Virus record (IMG/VR): IMGVR_UViG_3300044646_001937
Span: 62,001 to 126,000 of that record
Strand: one strand, 5' to 3'
DNA length: 64,000 nt
Shown: piece after piece, positions 56,328 to 64,000 of the stretch
How positions within the stretch are numbered: position 1 is the stretch's first letter
Layout of the letters: every line of letters begins with the position of its first letter
The notes under the pieces: model-generated
Told to the model about the DNA's origin: nothing
Database searches by the model: none
What the model saw: only the letters and a program-made list of their open reading frames with translations
Translations under genes and position numbers: made by a program

Positions 56328-56464
56328 TGAGATATTGGTAAGATAGAGAGGGTATGAGAGTCAATAGGGAATGAGAGAAGTATCTAGTGAGAGAGTGGGA
56401 TTAGTGGGGAGTAAGGGAAATGTAGACATCTACTATCTATATACGTGTCTCTGGCACCCATGTA

Positions 56465-56493
56465 TTGCAACTTAGAGGGAAGCAGGGTATACT
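56465..56493 (+). promoter_or_regulatory. sigma70-like promoter for the rightward RNAP operon
   Basis: TTGCAA-17-TATACT. Confidence 0.7.
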
Positions 56494-56516
56494 CTAGTGA
56501 AAAGTCCCAGTGCCAT

Positions 56517-56822
56517 ATGAAATCCCTTAAGAAAATCAAAACTATCACAGTTCGAGGCAAGAGGTATAGGTTTATTGTAAAAAAACTCAAGGATGCCAGA
56601 GGACTTACAGATCACCCCGAGACCAAAGGCAAAGCTGTAACCATTGATGAGAGGGAAAGAGGAAAGAAATTGCTGGCAACTCTCATCGACGAGCTTATAC
56701 ACTGTGCTATATGGGAGATACAAAACGACATAGTAGATCAGATATCAGATGATATGGCAGACATACTATGGAGATGCGGTCTTAGGTTTAAAGACGAACT
56801 GGAAGAAACAGAAGAAGAATAA
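56517..56822 (+). CDS. zincin-like small protein with variant DELIH motif
   Basis: ATG 56517 lies downstream of the promoter; TLIDELIHC ~ TLIHELIH. Confidence 0.5.
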   Translation: MKSLKKIKTITVRGKRYRFIVKKLKDARGLTDHPETKGKAVTIDERERGKKLLATLIDELIHCAIWEIQNDIVDQISDDMADILWRCGLRFKDELEETEEE

Positions 56823-56824
56823 AT

Positions 56825-59800
56825 ATGCCGAATAAGAGCCACAAGTATGTTTTGGACAATGGGAAGTTGAAGAAAGTTCTTGGAACCACCAAAGCCAAGT
56901 ACAGCATTCCAGACCCATCATCCTTTTTCAGCCCTGTTACAAATCTGATTCCAGGTATCAGTTCTGTGTCTGGTGCTCGCGTATTGATTGGAGACAAGTC
57001 ATCCCTCCAGGCAATGACCCTGGTAAACAGAGAGGCTCCGCTGATACAGTCGGCCCCTAAGAACGTAAAAGGCGTAACCACCGAGAGCTTCAGCAAGCAG
57101 TTCGGTAAGCTTGTAACCGTAAACGCTAAAGCTGACGGAACAGTTACCAAGATAGACGAAGACCATATTGTGATCAAAGACAAGCTGAGTAAGCTTCATG
57201 AACACGACCTCTATAACAACTATATTGTAGGAAGAGAAAGCTACCTACACCACACTCCTGTGGTTAAGGTTGGAGACAAGGTCAAAGCTGGAGACCTCCT
57301 AGCCACATCGAACTATTCTGATGGTAAGGGTATGCTTGCTCTTGGTATGAACCTCAAGACAGCTATCATGCCCTACAGATCTCTTAACTTTGAAGATGCT
57401 CTGGTTATTTCCGAGACAGCAGCAAAGAAACTAGAGGGAGAGCAGCTGATTCCTGTACGCATGGAAATTGCTAGAGGGATGATAGTAGACAAAGACCAGT
57501 ACGTCTCGATGTTCCCTAATAAATTCTATAACGAGCAGTTGTCTAATATTGCTAGCAATGGTGTGGTCAAAAAAGGAACAGTATTGAACCATGGAGATCC
57601 AGTGATTCTAGCCTGCCAGCCTAAGTCGCTTAAATCTCTAGATATTCAGTTGGGTAATTTGTCTAAAGCTGTAAAGAATGCGTTCTCAGACGTAGGAACC
57701 ATCTGGGAGTATGAATATCCTGGTGAAGTCACAGACGTATCGGTCACATCAAAGCTAATAGCTGTTACGGTTAAGACAAAAAGACCTATGAGCTATGGAG
57801 ACAAACTAAACATGCCGTTCGGAGCAAAAGGCGTTGTACACATTGCTCCTGATACACAGATGCCCCAGGGAGAAGACGGCAAACCTGTAGATGTATTGCT
57901 CAACACTATGAGTATTACCTCTCGCGTTGCTCCAGGATTGGTAAATACTATCGGGCTAGGTAAGCTGGCAGAAAAGAAAGGAAAGGCCCTGAACATGTCG
58001 GGCTTTACCGAAGGTTCCGCAGTCCAAAAGGTGGCCGATGTTTTGGCTAAGAACAATATTAAAGATACCGAGAAACTGTATGATCCTATTTCAGGCAAAC
58101 ATATTGATGTGATGACAGGTCCGCTATACTTCAACAGATTACATCATATTGCCGAAGATAAAATATCTACAAGATCGGCAGCAACCACCTACGACATTAA
58201 CATGCAGCCCTCTAAAGCAGGATCGCATGAAAAAGCTAAACGTCTAGGTAATCTGGCTACCACCGTAGCACTATCAAACGACGCTAAAGCCGTACTTAGA
58301 GATGTTGCCACAGTCAGAGCCACAAAGAATGACGAGTTTTGGACAGCCTTGAAACTAGGGCATGCTCCACCTCCACCAAAAACCCCATTCATATTTGAGA
58401 AGTTCCTAAGCCACCTCAAAGGCTCTGGAGTGAATGTGGTTCAAGACGGTTCTAAGTTTCATATCATGCCTCAAACAGATAAAGATGTTGTAGCACTTTC
58501 ACAAGGAGCAATTACAGAACCTCTAGGCTACAAACTTAAAAAAGATGCACTCATGCATGAAGAAGGAGGACTTTTTGATCCTACACTCACAGGCATTCAT
58601 GGCAACAACTACAATCATGTGGAGTTAAATCATAAAATCCCAAACCCGATGGCTGAAGAGCATCTCAGAAAATTACTGAAGATGACTAAGGCAGCATATG
58701 ATGACGCTATCGCATCAGGAGAATTAGAGAATAAGCTTAAGGCTATGAATCTGGACGATAAGATCACAGAGCTAAAGCAATTGGTAGCGTCCAAGAGAAA
58801 ATCAGGCAGAGATGACGCTATTAAAGCTCTAAGCTTCCTGACAATGCTTAAAGAAAAAAACCTAAAGCCTGACGACATGATGCTCTCAAAGCTGGCGGTA
58901 ATTCCTGCCCAGTATAGACCTGTAATGGTTCAGGGAAATCAGACTCTGACCGCAGACGTGAACGAGCTCTATAAGGACGTGATGCTGGTTAACAAGTCAT
59001 ATGGAGAAGCCAAAGATTCTCCAGACATAGACAAGGAACATTTAACTGAAGCAAAAAAGCAAATCTATGCAGGAGTCAAAGCTGTCTATGGTTTGGGTGA
59101 ACCTATTAAGCAAAAAAGTGTAGAAAAGAACTACAAAGGCTTATTAGCATCGGCTTTAGGTTTGCAAGGCGGATCAGCCAAAGAATCTATGTTTCAGGCA
59201 AAGGTGGTAAACAAGCCTATTGATCTTGTAGGCAGAGCAGTGTTGCTTCCTGACTCTAAATTAGACTTGAATCAGGCTAGTATTCCTCAGCAGGTAGCAT
59301 GGAGTATCTATTCTCCTTTTGTTATTCGCAGATTGGTAAGACAAGGCATACCAGCCACCAAAGCCAGAGAATATTTAGACAACAAGCATCCTCTGGCACT
59401 GTCAGCACTACAGGACGAGATGACAGATCGCCCAGGCATTGTTACCAGAGATCCGCAACTTTCAAAGTACAACTTTCAGGGTATGTACCTAAAAATGAAT
59501 CCTGATCCAAAGGACTTTTCGATTAAATTAAATCCTTTGGTGTTTAAGGGGTATGGCGGAGACAGTGATGGTGACCAGCTTAACGTACAGCTACCAGCTA
59601 GTGAAGACGCAAAAGAGGAAGTTAAAGAGAAATTGCTTCCTGAAAAGAATCTTATCTATCACAGAACATTTAGTCCAATATTCACACCATCCAACGAAGC
59701 TGCTACCGGTTTATTCGCTGCAAGTTTTGAAGATAATAAGAATACTCCTAAGAAATACAGCTCTCCCCAGGACGTGGTTAAAGATTTTTTAGCAGGAAAG

Positions 59801-59830
59801 CTTGATGTTGGTGACAGAGTAGAGTTATAA
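56825..59830 (+). CDS. fusion of RNAP beta C-terminal part and beta' N-terminal part (catalytic subunit)
   Basis: beta motifs NFEDA, GDKL....G.KGV, RLHHIAEDK; beta' motifs NHVEL, VIPAQYRP, DLVGRAV, TRDPQL, GGDSDGDQ. Confidence 0.93.
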   Translation: MPNKSHKYVLDNGKLKKVLGTTKAKYSIPDPSSFFSPVTNLIPGISSVSGARVLIGDKSSLQAMTLVNREAPLIQSAPKNVKGVTTESFSKQFGKLVTVNAKADGTVTKIDEDHIVIKDKLSKLHEHDLYNNYIVGRESYLHHTPVVKVGDKVKAGDLLATSNYSDGKGMLALGMNLKTAIMPYRSLNFEDALVISETAAKKLEGEQLIPVRMEIARGMIVDKDQYVSMFPNKFYNEQLSNIASNGVVKKGTVLNHGDPVILACQPKSLKSLDIQLGNLSKAVKNAFSDVGTIWEYEYPGEVTDVSVTSKLIAVTVKTKRPMSYGDKLNMPFGAKGVVHIAPDTQMPQGEDGKPVDVLLNTMSITSRVAPGLVNTIGLGKLAEKKGKALNMSGFTEGSAVQKVADVLAKNNIKDTEKLYDPISGKHIDVMTGPLYFNRLHHIAEDKISTRSAATTYDINMQPSKAGSHEKAKRLGNLATTVALSNDAKAVLRDVATVRATKNDEFWTALKLGHAPPPPKTPFIFEKFLSHLKGSGVNVVQDGSKFHIMPQTDKDVVALSQGAITEPLGYKLKKDALMHEEGGLFDPTLTGIHGNNYNHVELNHKIPNPMAEEHLRKLLKMTKAAYDDAIASGELENKLKAMNLDDKITELKQLVASKRKSGRDDAIKALSFLTMLKEKNLKPDDMMLSKLAVIPAQYRPVMVQGNQTLTADVNELYKDVMLVNKSYGEAKDSPDIDKEHLTEAKKQIYAGVKAVYGLGEPIKQKSVEKNYKGLLASALGLQGGSAKESMFQAKVVNKPIDLVGRAVLLPDSKLDLNQASIPQQVAWSIYSPFVIRRLVRQGIPATKAREYLDNKHPLALSALQDEMTDRPGIVTRDPQLSKYNFQGMYLKMNPDPKDFSIKLNPLVFKGYGGDSDGDQLNVQLPASEDAKEEVKEKLLPEKNLIYHRTFSPIFTPSNEAATGLFAASFEDNKNTPKKYSSPQDVVKDFLAGKLDVGDRVEL

Positions 59831-59873
59831 ATGTACAGGCACAATAGTCTTTATTTTTATAACTTTTTAGTTT

Positions 59874-60074
59874 ATGCTTGATGAAAATATATGGATGCAA
59901 CTCAGCGAAGATGAAAAATTTGCAGAGTTACAGACGTATTTAAATACTATAATTAAAATAGATGAAGGCCTGCATGAGCTAAGTCATACCCCAGAGCAAG
60001 GAAAGCTTGCCTGTATGAAAAAAGAACTGCAGTCAAAAGTTTTTAAAATAATAGAAATAGAAAACGCAATATGA
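59874..60074 (+). CDS. small helical hypothetical protein
   Basis: 66 aa; 4-nt overlap with the next gene. Confidence 0.55.
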   Translation: MLDENIWMQLSEDEKFAELQTYLNTIIKIDEGLHELSHTPEQGKLACMKKELQSKVFKIIEIENAI

Positions 60075-60961
60075 AAGTATCTGAACTAATCAACTCCTAC
60101 AGCAGTATAGTTAAAGTGGCTGAAGCAAATAAACTCACGCAGAAGAGCGTGAAGCAGGCCTTTGTCGCCAATCCAAATGTGCCCCCTCCACAACCCGGTC
60201 AACCAGTACAGCAGGCACTACCTCCAGGACAGCAAGATCCACAGCAGCAGGCTGCAGCCCAACAGCAAGCTCAAGCGGCACCAGAACAACAAGCTGCACC
60301 ACAACAGGCAGCTCAGCCTGGCCCGCAGGTAACGCAATTAATGCAGCTTGTACAGCAGCTACCTCCAGAAATGCAGCAGCAGATTGGCGGCGCACTGCAG
60401 CAGCTACAGCAAATGCCTCCCCCTCAGCAGGAGCAGACAGCAGGTCAGCTAATACAGCAAATCTCTGCAAGCATGCAGCAACAGCAGGCACCTCAGCAGG
60501 CACCCGCACAACCACCACAAGCACCTCAACAGCCACAGGCGGCTCCTCAGCCAATGGAAGCACAGGCAGGACTTGAGGAAGATCTTTATGCTGCATCACA
60601 AGGCATGCAGCAACCTCCTCAGGATCCATCACAACAGATGCCACCCCAACAACAAGACCCAGCAGCAGAAGATGCGGCGCAGGCAGAGCAATCAGCCATT
60701 GAAGCCAAAAACGAGTTAGATAATGTTAAAGTAACCCTATCAGTTAGAGAACTACTTGATCTGGTAGGTAAGGGTTCCGCCACAGCATCATTATTGAAGG
60801 TCAAGCAGCTGGCCGACACACATCAGCAAAAGATGGAACAGACAAAGCAGAAAGCCGAAGCTGATCAGCAGAAGGCTCAAGCACAGCAACAGCAGCAACA
60901 ACAAGCAGACCAGCAAGGCATGATGGGCGGAGGCATCTACCCAACACCGATGGGTACGTAA
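60071..60961 (+). CDS. Gln/Pro/Ala-rich disordered K-x-A protein
   Basis: 296 aa; KVAE, KQAF; long Q-rich tract. Confidence 0.7.
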   Translation: MKVSELINSYSSIVKVAEANKLTQKSVKQAFVANPNVPPPQPGQPVQQALPPGQQDPQQQAAAQQQAQAAPEQQAAPQQAAQPGPQVTQLMQLVQQLPPEMQQQIGGALQQLQQMPPPQQEQTAGQLIQQISASMQQQQAPQQAPAQPPQAPQQPQAAPQPMEAQAGLEEDLYAASQGMQQPPQDPSQQMPPQQQDPAAEDAAQAEQSAIEAKNELDNVKVTLSVRELLDLVGKGSATASLLKVKQLADTHQQKMEQTKQKAEADQQKAQAQQQQQQQADQQGMMGGGIYPTPMGT

Positions 60962-60971
60962 TTTTCAAGAT

Positions 60972-61382
60972 ATGCCAGACTACTCTAAACTAGCGGCCTT
61001 CTTAAATTCTTTTGATGTCCTTGACCCAGGATATGACGCAGTCTCTTTTATTAAAGAGAAGATTGCCCAGGATCTACAGGATGCAAACACAATTAACAAT
61101 GGCGATGAAGAAGATCTTCAAGATAACGACATCACCATGTCTACACCAGAACAGCAGGATAACGAGAACGTTGAAGGCAAGGAGATGGAAGGGGCCTTTA
61201 AAGAACTTGAGGCGTTAAATCAGATAGATGAGGAGAAGAAGGAAGTCATTAAGCCCAAAGAGCAGTCCACCTATTCTGCAATGCAAACAGATTTTCCGTC
61301 TGTTTCGGTGCTTGGCAATCATCCCAATATCAACAAGCAAGCTTCGTTATTTACATTGTTGCAGAAAAAACTTAAAGCATAA
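60972..61382 (+). CDS. acidic K-x-A protein
   Basis: 136 aa; EKIAQ, NKQAS; TAATG overlap with beta'-C. Confidence 0.65.
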   Translation: MPDYSKLAAFLNSFDVLDPGYDAVSFIKEKIAQDLQDANTINNGDEEDLQDNDITMSTPEQQDNENVEGKEMEGAFKELEALNQIDEEKKEVIKPKEQSTYSAMQTDFPSVSVLGNHPNINKQASLFTLLQKKLKA

Positions 61383-63232
61383 TGGCTGTAACTACCACAG
61401 GACAGGTATTGTTGAAGTTCTTCCTACCTCAACAATTTCATAATCTAGTTCAGGATGTCATTTTAGATAAAAAGGGCATCTCTAAGCTTTTTGCAGAATT
61501 AGCGGAAAAGGCTCCTGAAGAATATAGTAAAATTGTATCAGATCTTACTAGATTAGGTTTCGAGATTGCTACAAGACAAGGTACGTCTATTACTTTAAAA
61601 GATCTAATCTCTCCCATCAATAAAGATAAAGAGTGGGATGAGTTTGAAAAATTTAAAGAAGAAACAGAAAAGTCAAACGACTCAAAAAGCATTAAAGACA
61701 ATAAGATCTTTAATAAATACAACGACATGATGTCTAGTATTGAAAAAGATCTATTGAATAAGGGTCTTGCTGATAATAAGTCATTGGCTAAGATTATCAT
61801 GGCAGGATCCCGAGGTTCTCCAGCACAATACAGAGGAACAATTGCAACACAGGGAATCGTAGTGGATGCAGAGGGTAAGCCTAAAATGGATCTACCTATT
61901 AAAAGTTCTTATGCTGAAGGCTTATCTTTACCAGAATATTTAGCTACTTCGTTTGGTACTAGGTCTGGGGAAGTGTTAAAAAAGATTAGTGTGGCGCAGG
62001 GCGGGTATGGCTCCAAGCAATTTGCAAGAGCGCTAATGCCTCTACAGGTAGTAGAGGCAGACTGCGAAACAATGAACGGTATCAGTGTTTCTGTAGACGA
62101 CAAAGAATCAGCAGGGTCCTATCTAGCCAAAGGAGTGTTAGACTATAATAGGAATAACGAAGTGACATTAAAAATGCTCAACGATCTTAGAAATAAGAAA
62201 GTTGAGAAGATTGTTATTCGTACACCCATGACATGTCAGTCTAACAAAAAACATCACTCAGGTGGTTTGTGTCAGATGTGTGTAGGTAAAAGAGAAAAGG
62301 GAATGGCAGCAATGGACAGCTATGTAGGTCTGGTGGCAGGTACGGCTGTAGCGGAACCATTAACAGAAAGCGCGATGAAGGCCAGACATTCAGGAGGCGC
62401 AGCCACGTCACTAGGAGGACAATCAGGCTTTAAGCTAATCAATCAGCTGGCCAACGTACCTAAGACATTTGTAGGCAGAGCCCCCCTAGCTCAAGAGGAC
62501 GGATTTGTTACTAAAGTAGAGAAAGCTGACGCTGGAGGTTACTTTATAACCGTGAATAATGAAGAGCATTATATTGGGATTGATCAGGAACCTAAAGTAC
62601 AGCAAGGAGACAGAGTAGAACAGGGACAGGTATTAAGTACAGGTCTTGTAGATCCTAGAGAGGTTGTAAAATATAGAGGAATTGGAGACGGGCGTAAGTA
62701 TTATATGGAGGCAATGAAGAAAGCATTCGACGACAGCAGTCTTCCTGTAAATCGCAGAAATTTTGAGCTGATTGCGAAAGCTGCTGTAGATCATGTCAAA
62801 ATCACAGACCCCGAAGGTATAGGTAATTATCTTCCAGATCAGGTGGTGTCATACTCAGCTATTGAGAAAGACTATAACCCCAGAAGTAACTCTAAGATGC
62901 TTAGGATAGATATGGCCTATGGTAAATATATGGAGAAACCTGAGCTTCACTACACCATTGGCACCAGAGTTACCTCCGCCGTAATCAGAGATCTCAAAGA
63001 ACATGAGATTGAATCTGTACTGGTTAACGATCAACCCCCCAACTTTGAACCAGTAATGGTACGTCTGGTGGACGTACCAGAGCATCATGAAGACTGGATG
63101 CATGTATTAAACAGCACCAACCTCGCAAAAAGGTTTGTAAATATGGTCAACAGAGGATCTACATCAGACACAAAAGGCCCTAGCCCTATACCTGGGTTAG
63201 CTATGGGTGTTGGGTTTGGACAGAAAGATTAA
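61382..63232 (+). CDS. RNA polymerase beta' subunit, C-terminal fragment
   Basis: TTGQ, GSRGS, PIKSSYAEGL, bridge helix GTRSG...GGY, Zn site C..TC..CQMC, trigger loop EPLTESAMKARHSGG. Confidence 0.92.
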   Translation: MAVTTTGQVLLKFFLPQQFHNLVQDVILDKKGISKLFAELAEKAPEEYSKIVSDLTRLGFEIATRQGTSITLKDLISPINKDKEWDEFEKFKEETEKSNDSKSIKDNKIFNKYNDMMSSIEKDLLNKGLADNKSLAKIIMAGSRGSPAQYRGTIATQGIVVDAEGKPKMDLPIKSSYAEGLSLPEYLATSFGTRSGEVLKKISVAQGGYGSKQFARALMPLQVVEADCETMNGISVSVDDKESAGSYLAKGVLDYNRNNEVTLKMLNDLRNKKVEKIVIRTPMTCQSNKKHHSGGLCQMCVGKREKGMAAMDSYVGLVAGTAVAEPLTESAMKARHSGGAATSLGGQSGFKLINQLANVPKTFVGRAPLAQEDGFVTKVEKADAGGYFITVNNEEHYIGIDQEPKVQQGDRVEQGQVLSTGLVDPREVVKYRGIGDGRKYYMEAMKKAFDDSSLPVNRRNFELIAKAAVDHVKITDPEGIGNYLPDQVVSYSAIEKDYNPRSNSKMLRIDMAYGKYMEKPELHYTIGTRVTSAVIRDLKEHEIESVLVNDQPPNFEPVMVRLVDVPEHHEDWMHVLNSTNLAKRFVNMVNRGSTSDTKGPSPIPGLAMGVGFGQKD

Positions 63233-63309
63233 CCTGTTACGGAACAAGAAGGTTCTTGATATACAAGTAGAAAGTTTATAAAATTGATTTAAATCTAAGA
63301 TAATTTACT

Positions 63310-64000
63310 ATGCGCAAAACAACTCTTAAAAAACAGGCAGCAGACGACCAGATCGAGGGAGCCTTTTTCCAGCTTGCCTACCAAAGACTGCAAGATACTC
63401 TTAAAAATCTTATTCCTTATCTTGTAGGATTTGAAATTGTTAAGAAAAACCCAGAGAATACAAAAGCCCTGGGCGTCTTTGGGTTTAGGTCAAAAAATGG
63501 ACAGATTTTGTTTGTACCTGCCTTTTTCATTAATGGTAAAGTAAAGAACCTGGATTTGCTTTATAGTAAGAACAATGAACAGTTCTACCCCCTAAACGAA
63601 GATTTTGCAGAAATGTTCATTAAAGATGAACTTTTGGGGTTGGGTGAAAACTCTAACGAAAACAGGACTTCAGTCATGCGCGATGCCTCCCAGGGAGACT
63701 ATCGTCAGATGGCTATTCCTCCCAGAACAGGTAGATATGCTATCGCCTCTGTTTTGGATTATGTGGAAAACTCAGATAACAAGACCAAGAAAGCTTTCAC
63801 AGAGCTTATTGAAAAAGACGCTGAGTTCTGTGAGTCACTGCTGAGATTTTACCCTCTTGAGAAAGTAGCAAAAGCTATTGCCCTTGAAGATGGTAAAGAG
63901 TATCGCAAATCAGACCAGGCCGCAAAGAAGATCGAACTGGTTAAGATGAAGGATAAGGAAAAGGTTAAAAAGTTAAACGATTCTCAAAAGTCCACCCTCA
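63310..64000 (+). CDS. 3'-truncated K-x-A protein (not in ORF track)
   Basis: Open to window end: MRKTTLKKQAADDQIEGAFFQLAYQRL...GFEIV...ALGVFGF...VPAFFING. Confidence 0.75.
   Translation, partial: MRKTTLKKQAADDQIEGAFFQLAYQRLQDTLKNLIPYLVGFEIVKKNPENTKALGVFGFRSKNGQILFVPAFFINGKVKNLDLLYSKNNEQFYPLNEDFAEMFIKDELLGLGENSNENRTSVMRDASQGDYRQMAIPPRTGRYAIASVLDYVENSDNKTKKAFTELIEKDAEFCESLLRFYPLEKVAKAIALEDGKEYRKSDQAAKKIELVKMKDKEKVKKLNDSQKSTL

Noticed and set aside
60135-60644. 169-aa minus-strand ORF
   Set aside because: Antisense shadow of the CAG-rich Gln-repeat gene.
56825-63232. Inteins or group I introns explaining the split RNAP
   Set aside because: Fragments have their own starts and stops, motifs tile without insertions, no splice-junction residues or homing endonuclease seen.
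1-64000. Eukaryotic giant virus origin, or an alternative genetic code
   Set aside because: RNAP motifs are bacterial type, promoters and terminators are bacterial, and long ORFs tile the window with TAA, TAG and TGA all used as stops.

Overview
This 64 kb window is best read as part of a large, AT-rich tailed bacteriophage genome. Genes are densely packed in the standard code, with sigma70-like promoters and intrinsic terminators; no tRNA, rRNA or CRISPR array was seen. Layout: (1) 1-2.9 kb, low-complexity proteins carrying a recurrent K-x-A motif. (2) 3-17 kb, nine modular fibre/appendage genes, several with Thr-rich Gly-X-Y (GAT/GST) collagen tracts. (3) 17-29 kb, a glycan island with about 7 glycosyltransferase-like ORFs, a pyruvyltransferase, a PP-loop enzyme, a methyltransferase and a MoxR-type AAA+ pair. 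(4) 29-40 kb, metabolic and accessory genes: PhoH, PduO-type cobalamin adenosyltransferase, class II ribonucleotide reductase, dCMP deaminase, and a DUF1549/1553-like protein hinting at a Planctomycetes/Verrucomicrobia host. (5) 40-47 kb, Cys-rich and poly-Gly structural genes. (6) 47-64 kb, K-x-A/glycine-zipper proteins interleaved with RNA polymerase genes and a HUH-like ORF. The main result is a bacterial-type multisubunit RNA polymerase in four scattered pieces: beta-N (47692-48348, -), beta-middle (39825-40517, +), a beta-C/beta'-N fusion with a GGDSDGD catalytic loop and no clamp zinc-binding domain (56825-59830), and beta'-C (61382-63232). Other leads: a possible virion glycosylation system, a K-x-A cargo/cleavage signature, a pseudoknot leader that hides a Shine-Dalgarno, two A-run sites where a -1 shift repairs gene structure, and a 16-nt motif after three terminators. 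Family assignments come from motif recognition by eye; no database search was run.
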